DNA from: Babesia bigemina
Taxonomy: Eukaryota
Length of the DNA stretch: 64,000 nucleotides
Assembly (NCBI RefSeq): GCF_000981445.1
Contig: NC_027217.1
Location: 992,001 to 1,056,000, forward strand
Reading direction: 5' to 3'
Numbering within the stretch: the stretch's first letter is position 1; the number at the start of each line of letters is the position of its first letter. Below, one piece after another: positions 1 through 11,438 of the stretch. Below the pieces are notes generated by a model. The model was given only the letters and a program-made list of their open reading frames with translations, was not told the origin of the DNA and did not search any database. The translations under genes and the position numbers were made by a program.

Positions 1-434
1 CATTTTAATGCATATCATGTTTATTCATGTAGCTAAGGACTCTTTCTTTCAATAAGTTTGTTAATTATACGTTGATGTATACTCCTCCATTGTAGTGTCT
101 ACAGCCCATTGTCAAGATGATAACCGATCTACCTAGTAAACAACCTTGTACATATCGTATTAAAAATGTAGTCAGCGTATTAGTGGCCGAGATGTAGGAA
201 TAACTGCTGTAACCCCGTCATCCCGGAAAGCGCTAGAAATGTTTGATACTCCATCTGGGTTTTTGAGGAGTGCAATCGCCAACGTGCCAATTGCAATTAT
301 CAACCAAGACATTTTTCAGGGACACATAGATACACATGTCAAGTGGGAGGACCTGATGGAGATGGATTTCAACTGTAGGACTTTTCAATTTGTTGTCCTA
401 TGTGATCAGTGACATTAAATCCAGCTAAGCTTAT

Positions 435-580
435 TGTTCCGTGAACAACCCTCTACCCCAAACCTGATGGACGCCCGCATGGATGACACCAGTGACGATC
501 GGCAACGGACCGAGGTGGAGCCCGCAACAGGTATCAGCGTGAGGCGGTAGCCCCGCAAAACCGAAAAGCGGCCCTAGGCA
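435..580 (+). mobile_element. 3'-end fragment of the non-LTR (RLE-type) retroelement, second copy of 35056-35201
   Basis: Ungapped 146-nt manual alignment to 35056-35201 with about 31 mismatches (about 79% identity). It reads CSVNNPLPQT*WTPAWMTPVTIGNGPRWSPQQVSA* versus DSVEDPQAQTGWMAAWMAPVTIGNGPTWIPQPVSA*, with the same terminal TGA (540-542 and 35161-35163). Confidence 0.8.
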
Positions 581-797
581 CGTAGCCACATAGCACACTA
601 TAAAATGAGAGAACATAATCATAATAAGTGGAGTTATTTATACATTTGAAATGACGCCATATATATTAATTAGTGCTGTGAACTTATACTGATAGTTGAG
701 AGCACATTGCGATTAAAAAATTCTAAGCCATCAAAATTAAACTAACATGTACAATCGTCATGACTGGAAACATTATTATGTTTATGTTTAAGCTCCA

Positions 798-1988
798 CTA
801 TTTTGGGGGAAGTTTGTCGGAGCAGCGCATCAGCCTGTTGCACTCTCTCTCCAATTGCAAGAAGTTGTGACCGCCGACAAAGAGCACTTCACCTTCTATC
901 TTCAAGTCAAACATGCAACGTTTGATGCTAACGAGTTTGTCATCTAATATTTTAGTTGCGGCCTTATCCTTTGTAAATTTTATGCCTGCATTGCCCAGTT
1001 GTTTTGTGAGGTGGTCGACAAATGACGTAGCTGATACAGGCGGGAGTACGGCAGTAACCATGGATTCCTTCTCCTGTGGTATCACCAGATGTATTAACGC
1101 TGTAGGGGATTGTTTAATTTCTTCTCTGAGGTGCTGGTTGAAGTGTTGGAACTCATTTTGAACGTTCACTCTATAAACGTTCAACGGCGACCTGTAAAAA
1201 CTCTTCATTATCGAGAAAATACAGCAACGTCACAAAAATGGTACATAAATAAAGCCGCATGTATTTTGTCACGACTCGTATCGCCCCTCTGATTACTAGA
1301 GTTGAATACTAATGCAGAACGTTTGAGGACACGTGATATATAAATCAGTTACCAACGCAATACAGACTTGGCTGCATTGTGACATAAACATACGTACCCT
1401 TCAACTGCTGCGATCTCTGTCAGCAATGCGAAAAGCAGGTTTAGCCTGTTTGACTCCTCATCGTTGCTCCCCGGTCGGTAATAGACTACAATCGTGGGCT
1501 TGTTGACGTATATCAATTTGGCAAGCTCCTTCGCCGCTAACAGTTTTATTGGCGATGGAATTTCCACGACGTGAGGTATTTGCTGAACTTTCGTTATATC
1601 CTTTTCGATCCTGAAGCACGGGTATATCACAGTTAACCAGGGCTTACCTCCTTCGCCCATTGAACGCGAATAGCGTTACAAGCCCAACTGGCACGGCTAG
1701 AGCGGCAACAAATGCGATAACGGGCAACCCTAGACACTGATTGGATCCCTCTAGAGGTGACATACCTATGGATATGCCCTGATATATGCGTTCCCCTCGT
1801 GTCAGCCTCCTTCCGTCAACCAAAAGTGCACCCGAATCGCTGGGTATCACGTACTTCGACACTCCAGCCTTATTTTCGGGAATCGATACCTGGTAATTCG
1901 CATTGTGGTTCTTAGTCTGCCGCACCAGCTCCCATCTCCTTTGCGAAGCAGCAAACCTCGCGCAGACGCCAACGCGGCAAATAAACAT
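798..1988 (-). CDS. Hypothetical single-TM protein, 3 exons, possibly mitochondrial
   Basis: ORFs 1644-2093, 1349-1660 and 798-1208 join in frame through GT-AG introns (1611-1647, 37 nt; a second intron GTACGT...TTTTACAG). Arg-rich N-terminus MFICRVGVCARFAAS and one hydrophobic segment LPVIAFVAALAVPVGLVTLFAF. Start position uncertain. Confidence 0.6.
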
Positions 1989-2230
1989 CGCCTTCTGGGC
2001 GTACAACAATCCGCTGGCAGCGCTACAGAAAAGACACAATTTAAAAGCACGCCTTAACGATAGAAAAGCAACGACGGCTTCAGCGTGCCGCACACCTCAT
2101 CATTTTATATTTTGGAATATCCGCGCAGTAGAAGGTTACACACCGCGTACGATCAGTTCACTTCTTTCGCCTATATGTGTAGGTGAGACCAGGTAACGGC
2201 CGTCGGTTTCGAGTGGAATCTGCCGTTAGA

Positions 2231-2827
2231 ATGGCAAGCGGAAACAACAGCGTCGTCTACCTCGCCGTCATCGGAGAACAGGTGAGACATTCTTCAATGA
2301 ACCTTAACATAACGTTAGCGTGAACTTATCGTTTCTCGCGCCTTCGGTGACGCTGACGAGGCGCAGCTGCAGCTGTCTGCATATGCTGCTATGGACGTCA
2401 TTCAGGAAAAAAGTAGGTCCACATGATGGCATTGCAAGGTGTTTCAGTGGTTATCCAACACTATTCGGCCACACCCGGGGAGCAGTCAGACCCTTATCTG
2501 GGATTCATTACTCCTACGTTGCTCGGGGAGGAATTTTATAAGGTGCATGCCTACATGGCCGCCACGGGCTTCACCATCATCGCAATTTTCGACGAGCATG
2601 ACGCTTCCCTAGAGTCCATTAGACAGGTACTTCAGTCGCTCAACAGCCGTATCGCTGCGCAGTTTTTCGAGAAGATACACATCCTATTTGCGAACACAAT
2701 GTGCAACCCATTTATGTCAATGAAATTTCATTCACCGAGGTTTTACGCCAGTTTGGGTGAGTAAACAACTATAAAAATCAAACTTGATGCAGAAAAGATC
2801 GCGTCGGAGTTCGCCACACCGCATTAA
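2231..2827 (+). CDS. TRAPPC2L: TRAPP complex sedlin-family subunit (TRAPPC2L-like), 5 exons
   Basis: Spliced model MASGNNSVVYLAVIGEQ/RELIVSRAF...LQLSAYAAMDVIQEK/M...DPYLGFI...YKVHAYMAATGFTII.../FFEKIHILFANTMCNPF. Sedlin/longin motifs; short introns (2282-2318, 2413-2447 and two more). Confidence 0.8.
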
Positions 2828-3482
2828 TAGAGTGTTACACAGTTATGGGAGCCACATTCATAAGGCATTGACAACCTCTCAAAGCGAATGACCGCTGTCG
2901 ACTCGCTTCAACACCGCGAAATCGCTGCACACCCTTCTCAGACAAACATCGACATCAATAGCTATTTTTCTCATCGACCTATACGCGTTACATTACCAAA
3001 TACATTGGTGAACGCAGTGCGCGACTTCGCATGAGTACGAAAGGTCTACGGAATTGAGTGTTCACAGCGCCAATGCTGCACATATTTTGCAAGAACTGTA
3101 ATAAACACGTTTAACACATAGTAAACGCGTTGCGATTGCTGTTGAGGCTTATAATGACACAGCCCTCTGACGCACAGCGCGTTAGGGGTGTGCCATATAA
3201 TATCTGTGTTTATGGCCAAGTATTCCGTGATCTGACGAATTTAGTGTTGCACCATGACAGATAATAATATTGCATACGGGCTAGCTCGTCAGCACGTTCC
3301 CCTTGTAGCTAAATATCGCATGATGGTACGGTGCGCTGTGTGCGGCACGTGCACCTCACCCGTTGTCTAGTGCCATAACATATTGGAACATTGTCGGTTT
3401 ACTCTTTCGTTGGCATTTAACTCCTGTTCCGAGCAAAATTTTTATTGCAATTTTTTCTTGTAACACCTGAGCTTTTTTCGCG

Positions 3483-4181
3483 ATGTCGTGCATTATGAGG
3501 TGCAACAACTCCGAACAGGAGGTTGTCATCGATGAGCAGACGGGACTCCCAGTGAAGAACCACGACTACGTAAGTCTTTATGCGCCTTTCATGCTAGTGT
3601 CGCCGTAGCGTGGCTATAATGTATTTCGTTTGCTCGTTCGTTGGTATATGTGACGCAGAAAGCGGCGCACCTTAAAGGCAGCTCAATTCGCAGTGTTAGA
3701 TTGCTTGCTTTATCGCACACACATGTTTTCTCAGACTGAGAAGCCCTCTGTGATTTACAAGCCGTCGACCATTGTTCCTCAAAACACCATCCTTGAGATC
3801 CCTCCTCCCAAGGAACTGGAAACCCCTATCACCTTCAACCCCACTGTGGACACCTTTTTCGATGCTGACACCAACAAGATCGTTGTTTTGATGGAACTGC
3901 CTGGATTCAGCCACAACGACATCACTGTGGAGTGCGGTCTGGGAGAACTCATCATCAGCGGCCCCCGCCCCAAGGACGAGCTTTACGAGAAGTTCGGTAA
4001 CAACCTTGACATCCACATCCGTGAGCGCAAGGTTGGTTACTTCTACAGGCGCTTCAAGCTCCCCCACAACGCCTTGGACAAGTCTGTTGCTGTGTCTTAC
4101 TCCAACGGTATCTTGGACATCAGGGTTGAGTGCTCGCAGTTCTCCGAGATGCGCCGCATCCAGATCGACGGCAAGGCATAA
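3483..4181 (+). CDS. HSP20: Small heat-shock protein HSP20 (alpha-crystallin domain)
   Basis: Exon 1 MSCIMRCNNSEQEVVIDEQTGLPVKNHDY, intron 3570-3734, exon 2 with ELPG, ERKVGYFYRRFKLP and YSNGILDI motifs. Matches my recollection of Babesia HSP20. Confidence 0.95.
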
Positions 4182-4587
4182 ATCATTAATGTTCATTAGG
4201 TTTCTCTGCAACTTCTATGGATATGAATCTGCGCCATTTATCGAGACCAATTACGATTTTTACACTAGCTATTTGAGACGTGTCTCCGCTTTTAGTGCAC
4301 ATGACTGCTTTTATCGACTATGTCACTAATTTAGAGAGACATTTGTTCCAATAATCTTTGTTTGTGGTCCTTTGTTTTGTTCGTTTTTGTTGCTTTGTTT
4401 CTGCAAGATCCGCGGCCGTGCTGTAGCGCAGAAATCGTTGCTTTGGATGCTGTGTTGGCGAAGTTCTCTTCTGAGGCGTATTCGGCAGGGGGCATGATCC
4501 TTACGATACCATTCGACAATGCCGTCTTCCACCTAAGTGATCAGCGACTAAACGGTAAACACCCAGGTGCGAAAGGCGGCTGGTGCG

Positions 4588-5429
4588 TCAGTCGATACAA
4601 ACGGCGGGCCCCACCTCAATATGCGATGTCCTTGTCTTACAGATATGATCTATGAGACCATATTCGAGTGCCTCTGCAGGCCTCATGTAGTTGTCTCGGT
4701 CGCAATCTATCTCAATTTGGTCAATGGGTTTCCCTGTAAAATGCGAAAGATGGGCATTGAGTATCTGCCTAATTTGCAGTATCTCGTTGGCCTGAATCTT
4801 TATGTCGCTCACCTGACCATGGGCACCGCCTAAGGGTTGGTGGATCATGATGCGCGAGTTCGGCATCGCACAACGCATCCCCTTGGTGCCGCCTGCAAGC
4901 AGAAATGCGCCCATCGACGCCGCCTGCCCTACGCATATGGTTTCAACCGGCATCTGCAGGCTCTGCAGCATGTCGTATATGGCCATTCCTGAGCAACTTT
5001 GTCTTAGTGATGTGAATACCCACCTGCTGATACCGACCCCCCCGGAGAGTTAATGTAAAATTTAACCTTCTTGACGGGATCCTGCTCGTTCATACGCAAC
5101 AATGCGCTTATTAGTCGATGCGCTGCGCGATCAGTCAGCTCACCGTTGAGGAAGAGAGTGCGTGAGCGAACATAGAAGTCGTCTATCTTAGAATCGTAAT
5201 CCCCCTGCATCTAGTGGAGGCTTAATCTTTCCGTCACACACACCTGTGTTGAAGTGTACACATCGGGTTTATTGTCCAGTAAATGTGACCTTCGCAAGCC
5301 GAAGACGTTGCCGGAAGGGCAACATAGTGAGGAATCTCGTCTCCAGCTGACCGGCGACCGCCAGCCAGCAGTAGTCGGCAGAAGGCCAGCCACTGAGAGC
5401 GCAACAATCAGCCATACCCCCCAAACCAT
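4588..5429 (-). CDS. clpP: Apicoplast ATP-dependent Clp protease proteolytic subunit ClpP, multi-exon
   Basis: Signal peptide [17 protein letters not shown] plus a basic transit-like region. Motifs [21 protein letters not shown] (Ser), [10 protein letters not shown] (His) and DRDNYM (Asp) give an intact triad. The 3' end is uncertain; further short exons below 4588 are likely. Confidence 0.92.
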
Positions 5430-5531
5430 ACTACTGATATTTGAGACGGCAGTGATGCTGTCGTCGTTCTGACCACCAGCGGCGCAAAGGCGCGTATGGA
5501 TTCTTCCGTCAGTCACAACAGGTGAAACATT

Positions 5532-5938
5532 ATGGCGGACTCTCGCGTGGCATCAAGTAGGTCACGACGCACATCTTTTATGAACGCTTTTAGCTCCGGA
5601 GCTACGACAGGCGGCGGCGTCGTGCCGCATTCGCCTCGGATCCGAGGCCGACGTGGACCTAACCAAGGTGGAGCAGCATAAGGCCACGATACGCGGTAAA
5701 CGCGACGGCAACGATACTGAAATTCTGGAAAACGCGCTGGACACCATTGAGGTACGCTTTTCAGCAACCAGCTCTACTCGTCGACGTCGCGGTGTCTTGG
5801 CGATCGGCGTTGTGGCGTATAGTTGACAACGGCAACGCCGCAGTGTGTATTGCCGCTCACCAGCCACATTAAAATACAGCGTCTAATTTAATGCAGCGCA
5901 TCAGGACATTGAAGAACAAGCTCAGTTTTGGAGATTAG
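5532..5938 (+). CDS. Predicted 74-aa protein, 3 exons, absent from the ORF track
   Basis: Exons 5532-5556, 5594-5751 and 5897-5938, joined by GT-AG introns of 37 and 145 nt, give MADSRVASTPELRQAAASCRIRLGSEADVDLTKVEQHKATIRGKRDGNDTEILENALDTIERIRTLKNKLSFGD*. Divergent from clpP. Confidence 0.5.
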
Positions 5939-7134
5939 CGCAGCACAGCGCTACACCTGTCGAGGGCTCCGCGCTGGCGGCGGCCATGATTCTGTTGGCT
6001 GGTATGGACAGCCTGAGCGCAGCTCCGTACCCGCCTGACACTGGCATGAACCATAACGTAGTTTTGTACATACCCGTGTACAGCTCGAACTTGTTGCATA
6101 GGTGGTAGCCTTGCGGGCACGATTTCATGGCTTCCTCCTTTCTGCGCATTTGTGTCTTCCGTAGCCGCGAAGCCTACCCGCAGTTGATGCAGCCGATGGC
6201 GACGTACGAGGGCTCCACGCCACCAAGAACGGCGGAGGCTTCGGCCTGTACCTCGTCGCGCCCCAGGGCCTGTACAAGCTGGCATGAGCCGGTGTTGCCT
6301 ACTAACCTTGGTATAGAACGACAGCTCATCTATGAGCACGGGCATATCACACTTGCCCATGTACGGCGACGCTCCGACGTAAAGCGGCAGCGGGTTGTAT
6401 CGCACGTATGCTGCGACATCGTTGGCTGACGCGCCTCCTAGCCTACCTTTCGTTGCGTAGACACAGTCTACGATGCCTACACGTCTGTCATGCGCTGTTA
6501 ACAGCTACGTACCGTTTATATACAATGTCAAGGAAGACTTGTCCTTCACCACAGCGATATGGTACCACTGGTGCGGTTGAAGCCTGCAGTTGGACTCGAC
6601 CTCCATAGTTTGGCTGGACTCCACTGACAGCAGGACGCGCACACGGCCGTCCTTGGGGTTAACTGCGATTTCCGGGGCGCACTCACTGAGCGCGGCCGTG
6701 CGGATTCCTTTGTGGACGAGCGGGCAGTAGTCGTTAACTTTATCGGCACTCGCAGCTGATTCCTCGTCCTTCAGGAAGAACACGAACAGCGCCACGCTGA
6801 ACTCGTTTGACCGCAGCGACTTGGTATCCGGAAGGTAGACGAAATTCTTCCGGAAGTATGCCGAGCTCCCGACGCCGCTAAACCCCGAATGCCCCGCCAC
6901 TGGCCCGACTCCGTGGTTGCCGAAGCCGCTAGAGTCGACGGCAACCTCCTCGTCGAAGCGGTAGTGCAGCACTCGGCCGTCCCTGCGTGCGCTGGGCAGC
7001 AGGACTGTCGCCCCGTCCTTGATGCAGATGGAGGAGTCCACGACAACATCACATCCCTCGAAGGCTAATCCGATGCACAGGGAAGAGCAGAGCGCCGCGC
7101 ACAGCCAAAGTGTGCCAACCATGACGGCCGACAT
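5922..7134 (-). CDS. Secreted LamG/concanavalin-A-like domain protein (resembles apicomplexan secreted ookinete protein PSOP17), multi-exon
   Basis: Signal peptide; LHYRFDE..AVDSSGFGNHG, QWYHIAVVKD..LTLYING, PLYVGASP and LIDELSFY LamG motifs; Cys-rich C-terminal exons CPQGYHLCNKFELYTG/GYGAALRL...ALCC. Confidence 0.8.
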
Positions 7135-7666
7135 GCCCAGGCACCAAGACAATCACCGGTGCATAATCTTTCGGCCCAGAGTCCACGTCATAATGGAACG
7201 AACTCATACGGCAGACGTCCGTAAAAGCGATCGCCTTGCCCCCGTGCCTACGCCATGGCATAGGAATGAGCGCGTCCGTCTACTAGTGCGCTACCGCCAA
7301 CAGGCGCTGTGTAAGACACGCGATTCGCGATTGCGAGTTAGAGGTCCTAAGTGTGATTTGACGTTGTTACCGACAGGGATATATCACGTGGGACTATAAT
7401 TTACCAATGTGCCCCCAATCTGGTGAATTGTTGCGCTGCGCGTGACGGTACAGTCAACCGGGCGCAGTCACCGTAGGCGTGCGCAACGTGACCGAGTTAA
7501 GTGTGAAACTGCCGCCACTAAAAATCGTATGTGCGACGTTCCGACTTCTGGGTGGAAGGTTGATAAATGATTGGTTAAATCCACGTGAGCACTTCGACTG
7601 CTGTGGGGAGGGTTCCTTAGGAATCTCGGCAGAATCCGACATTTTGCGGACCTCCGAGGGCTCAGA

Positions 7667-10600
7667 ATGGACCAGGAGCTGTACGACGAGTTTGGTAACT
7701 ACATCGGCCCCGTCCTTGACGAGGATCTCGGCGGTGGTATCGACTCCGACGGGAGCGCCGGCGACGGCGAGGCTGCCGACACAGTAACTCGCCTCGGCCC
7801 CGCGGACGTCGTGGAGTACGATGGCGGGACCGCGGAGGAGTCGCCGTTCAAAGATGTGGAGGTCTTCATCCAGCACGAAGACACTCAGACCATCGAGGAG
7901 CCCATCGTAAAATCGCAGGAGACACGCGTCGAGCGCGTCAGCTACATCAAGCGCCTGGACGAAGACATCAGCGCGAAGAGCTTCGATATCCTCGAGGAAA
8001 GGCTCCCGCGTAACCGGTTCAGCTTCCGCTTCATGACCACGTTGATGCGTCAGCCGCAGTTCATACGCAACGTCTGCATCTGCGGCGATCTGCACCATGG
8101 GAAGACTACGGTGGTGGATCGGCTCATCAACTACAGCCGATTCCCGGATCCAGACGCCGCTGAGGGGTTCGACCCCAGCTTCGTGCGCTACACCGACACG
8201 CGGCTCGACGAGCAGGCGCGGGAGATGTCGATCAAGGCCACGCCGATCTCGCTGGTGTTTCAAAGCGAGGCTGGCACGGCTAGGAACAAAGCCGTGAAAC
8301 ACAAGTCGTACCTCTTCAACATATTCGACACTCCGGGCCATGTGAACTTCATAGACGAGTTCATGCACGCTCAGAGCCTGTGCGATGGCTGCGTGTTTGT
8401 CGTGGACGTGCTGGTGGGCCGCACCAGCACCCTGGAGCTGATGCTCAAGAGCGCCATCAAGAACGGCACCGGTTTCTGCGTGATCCTCAATTGCATCGAC
8501 CGGTTGGTGCTGGAGATGAAGATTCCGCCGACGGACGCGTATCTCAAGATACGGCACACCATCGCAGACCTGAACGAATTCGTCAAGCAAACGAGTTCGC
8601 TCACTCAAACAGACCCGGTCGTCCTGAGCCCGTTACGCGGCAATGTGCTCTTCGCGTCGTCGAAGTACGGGATCTTTTTTACGCTCGAATCGTTCTCCGC
8701 TATATATGCGCCTGACGCGGACCCCGTCCGCCTGGCGAAGGCGCTCTGGGGCGACACCTTCTATAACCCCGCCACGCAGGAGTTCACGCCCGATGAGGTG
8801 GTTGCAGGAGAATCTGACGGCGAGAACGAGGGCGAGGTCCAGCTGAAGCACTCTTTTGTGGCGTTTGTGTTAGAGCCGCTATACAAGATCTTCTCTCATG
8901 TCGCATCAGACGAACGAGAGGAGCTGACGCCGATCCTGGACCAGCTGGGCGTCTCGCTGCGCGCCAGTGATTACCGGATGGACACCAGGAAGATTTTGCA
9001 GAAGGTATTCGCCGCGCTGTTCAGCGACCCCAGCGGTTTCGTCAGTTTCGTGGTCGAGAACGTACCGCCGCCAACGGAAACGGGGGCACTGAAACTCCAA
9101 ACGCTCTACACGGGCGACCGCGGCACCGCGATCTGTTCGGGCATCGAGCAGTGTGACCCTGATGCGCAGTTGATGATATTCGTTGCCAAAAACTACTACC
9201 GGCTCGACACTAACGCCTTCGACGTGTTCGGTAGAGTATTGTCGGGGACCGTAACCAAGGGCCAGCGTATCAAGATATTGGGGGATGAATACACGCTGGA
9301 CGACGACGAAGACATGCAGGTCCGCAGTGTCGGGTCGCTGTGGATTGCGGAAGGCCGCTACCGCGTTGAGGTGAACTCCGTGTCCGCGGGCAACTGGGTC
9401 CTCATATCGGGCATAGACCTCTGCTCGCACAAGACGATGACCATCACCTCGGCCGAAGACCCTAACGGCGCCGAAGTGTGCCGCTTGCGTCCGACCGTGC
9501 TCGCGTCTGAGCCTGTCTTTAAGGTAGCCATCGAGCCCCTCAACCCTTCTGAGTTGCCGCGCATGGTGGAAGGGCTACGTAGAATAGACCGCAGCTACCC
9601 CGCCATAAAGACGCGCGTCGAGGAGAGTGGGGAACACGTGGTGATGGGTACGGGAGAGCTGTACCTTGATTGTGCGCTTCATGATCTACGGAGGCTCTAC
9701 GGTGACCTAGAGGTGAAAGTGTCGGATCCCGTGGTCCGATTCACGGAAACCATCATGGAACAATCAGCGACGAAGTGCTTCGCAGAGACTCAGAACCAGA
9801 TGAACAAGCTGTGTTTCATCGCGGAGCCTCTGGAGCAGGGCATCTCTTCGGCCATTGATGAGGGCCTCATCAGCCCAGAGCTGCCTGACAGTGAAACGTC
9901 GGCTCTATTCATGGAGAAGTACAATTGGGACATCCTTGCTGCTCGTTCCATTTGGTGCTTTGGCCCCGACAACGTCGGCCCCAACATCCTGCTGGATGAC
10001 GTCTTGCCAAGCGACCCCGTGAAGGCGGCCGTGGGCACTGTGCGCTCTGCTATCATGCAGGGCTTCAACTGGGCCTGCAAAGAAGGCCCCTTGGTGGAGG
10101 AGCCGTTTAGGAATACCAAGTTCAAGCTGATAGGCGCCGAAATCGCTACGGACGCCCCCATGCGCAGCGCCGGGCAGATCATCCCGGCAACCAGACGCGC
10201 CGTGTACGGGGCGTTCCTGCTGTCCACACCGCGTCTCATGGAGCCCATCGTATTTTCTGAGATCATATGCCCTGCTGACTGCGTCGCTTCGGCCTACTCG
10301 ATTCTGTCCCGACGCCGCGGCCACGTGCTGAAGGACGTGCCCAAGCCCGGGACGCCCTTCTACGAAGTTCACGCGTATCTGCCTGCGATAGAATCGTTCG
10401 GATTCGAGACCGATTTGCGTGTTCATACCCATGGCCAGGCGTTTGGCATCACCTTCTTCGACCACTGGAACATTGTGCCGGGAGACCCGCTAGACAAGGT
10501 ATGTTCCCTTTCCGTGTTGCCATCAAAGCTACATACCACGTGCAAGCAGCACGCGCGTCGTTGTTGTCACAATCCTTCGTCGCCTGGTTTGTTCGTGGGT

Positions 10601-10862
10601 GCCGTGTGTTACCGTCATGGCGTTGCTGTGACGGCTTAGATAACCGCTTCGTTACATGTGCATAACAGTTCGAAAAAAACACATCACTACGCAGTCCATC
10701 ATGCTGAAAACACTCGAACCCGCCCCAATTCCGCACCTGGCACGCGAGTTCATGCTTAAGACACGGCGGCGCAAGGGGCTGGCGGAAGACATATCCATCA
10801 ACAAGTACTTCGACGCCACTATGCTCCAGGCACTAGGGGACGAACTCGAGCAGTTCTACTGA
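7667..10862 (+). CDS. EFTUD2: U5 snRNP 116 kDa GTPase Snu114/EFTUD2
   Basis: [16 protein letters not shown]-terminus, [16 protein letters not shown] and EF2-like domains. Intron 10499-10694, then [29 protein letters not shown]. Confidence 0.97.
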
Positions 10863-11438
10863 ATGCGCATATGCAACCAATTCGACTGTAACATACAGCA
10901 GGAACACGACATTAGCGATAGACGTTATGAAGTCTGGAGTGTGCCCGCCTCTGCGCGGATTCGCGGCTAGAGCTCTCCAGCGAAGCGGAACGCATCATAA
11001 AAATACACGCTATTGTGGCTGCACTTGACACGCAATTTAGATGGTACGCAAAGAATACATTTGAGGGTGTCTGACTTTCGCGGACAGCGCATGGAATCAT
11101 GAACGCTAATGTGCGCTAGCAACGCTGCATACAGCAAAAAAAGACAATTCCTGCCACAACACGCAAATAAACAGGCAGTGCGCCGCGCCGCTACATGTGT
11201 TATGCAGGAAACTTGGGTTTGTCGCCGAGGAAGGCAGGTCCAGCAACACCACATTTTGGGGCCGGTGAGCAAACGTCCAGCTCGCTGTCATATCTGCTCC
11301 ACGGACACCCGCTGCAATTTTCTTACAGCCCCCAAACATGTGAACCGAGAGGTCCCGAGGGTGTGGCTTAGATAAACAGACCGTACCGACGCACAGAGCC
11401 CTTCGATACATTCCCTCGGCGCGCGCGCCTCCCCAAAG

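Noticed and set aside
7454..8608. 384-aa minus-strand ORF and similar long antisense ORFs (18393-19226, 46249-47034, 56257-56913)
   Set aside because: Shadow ORFs opposite GC3-rich genuine genes, with no motifs of their own.
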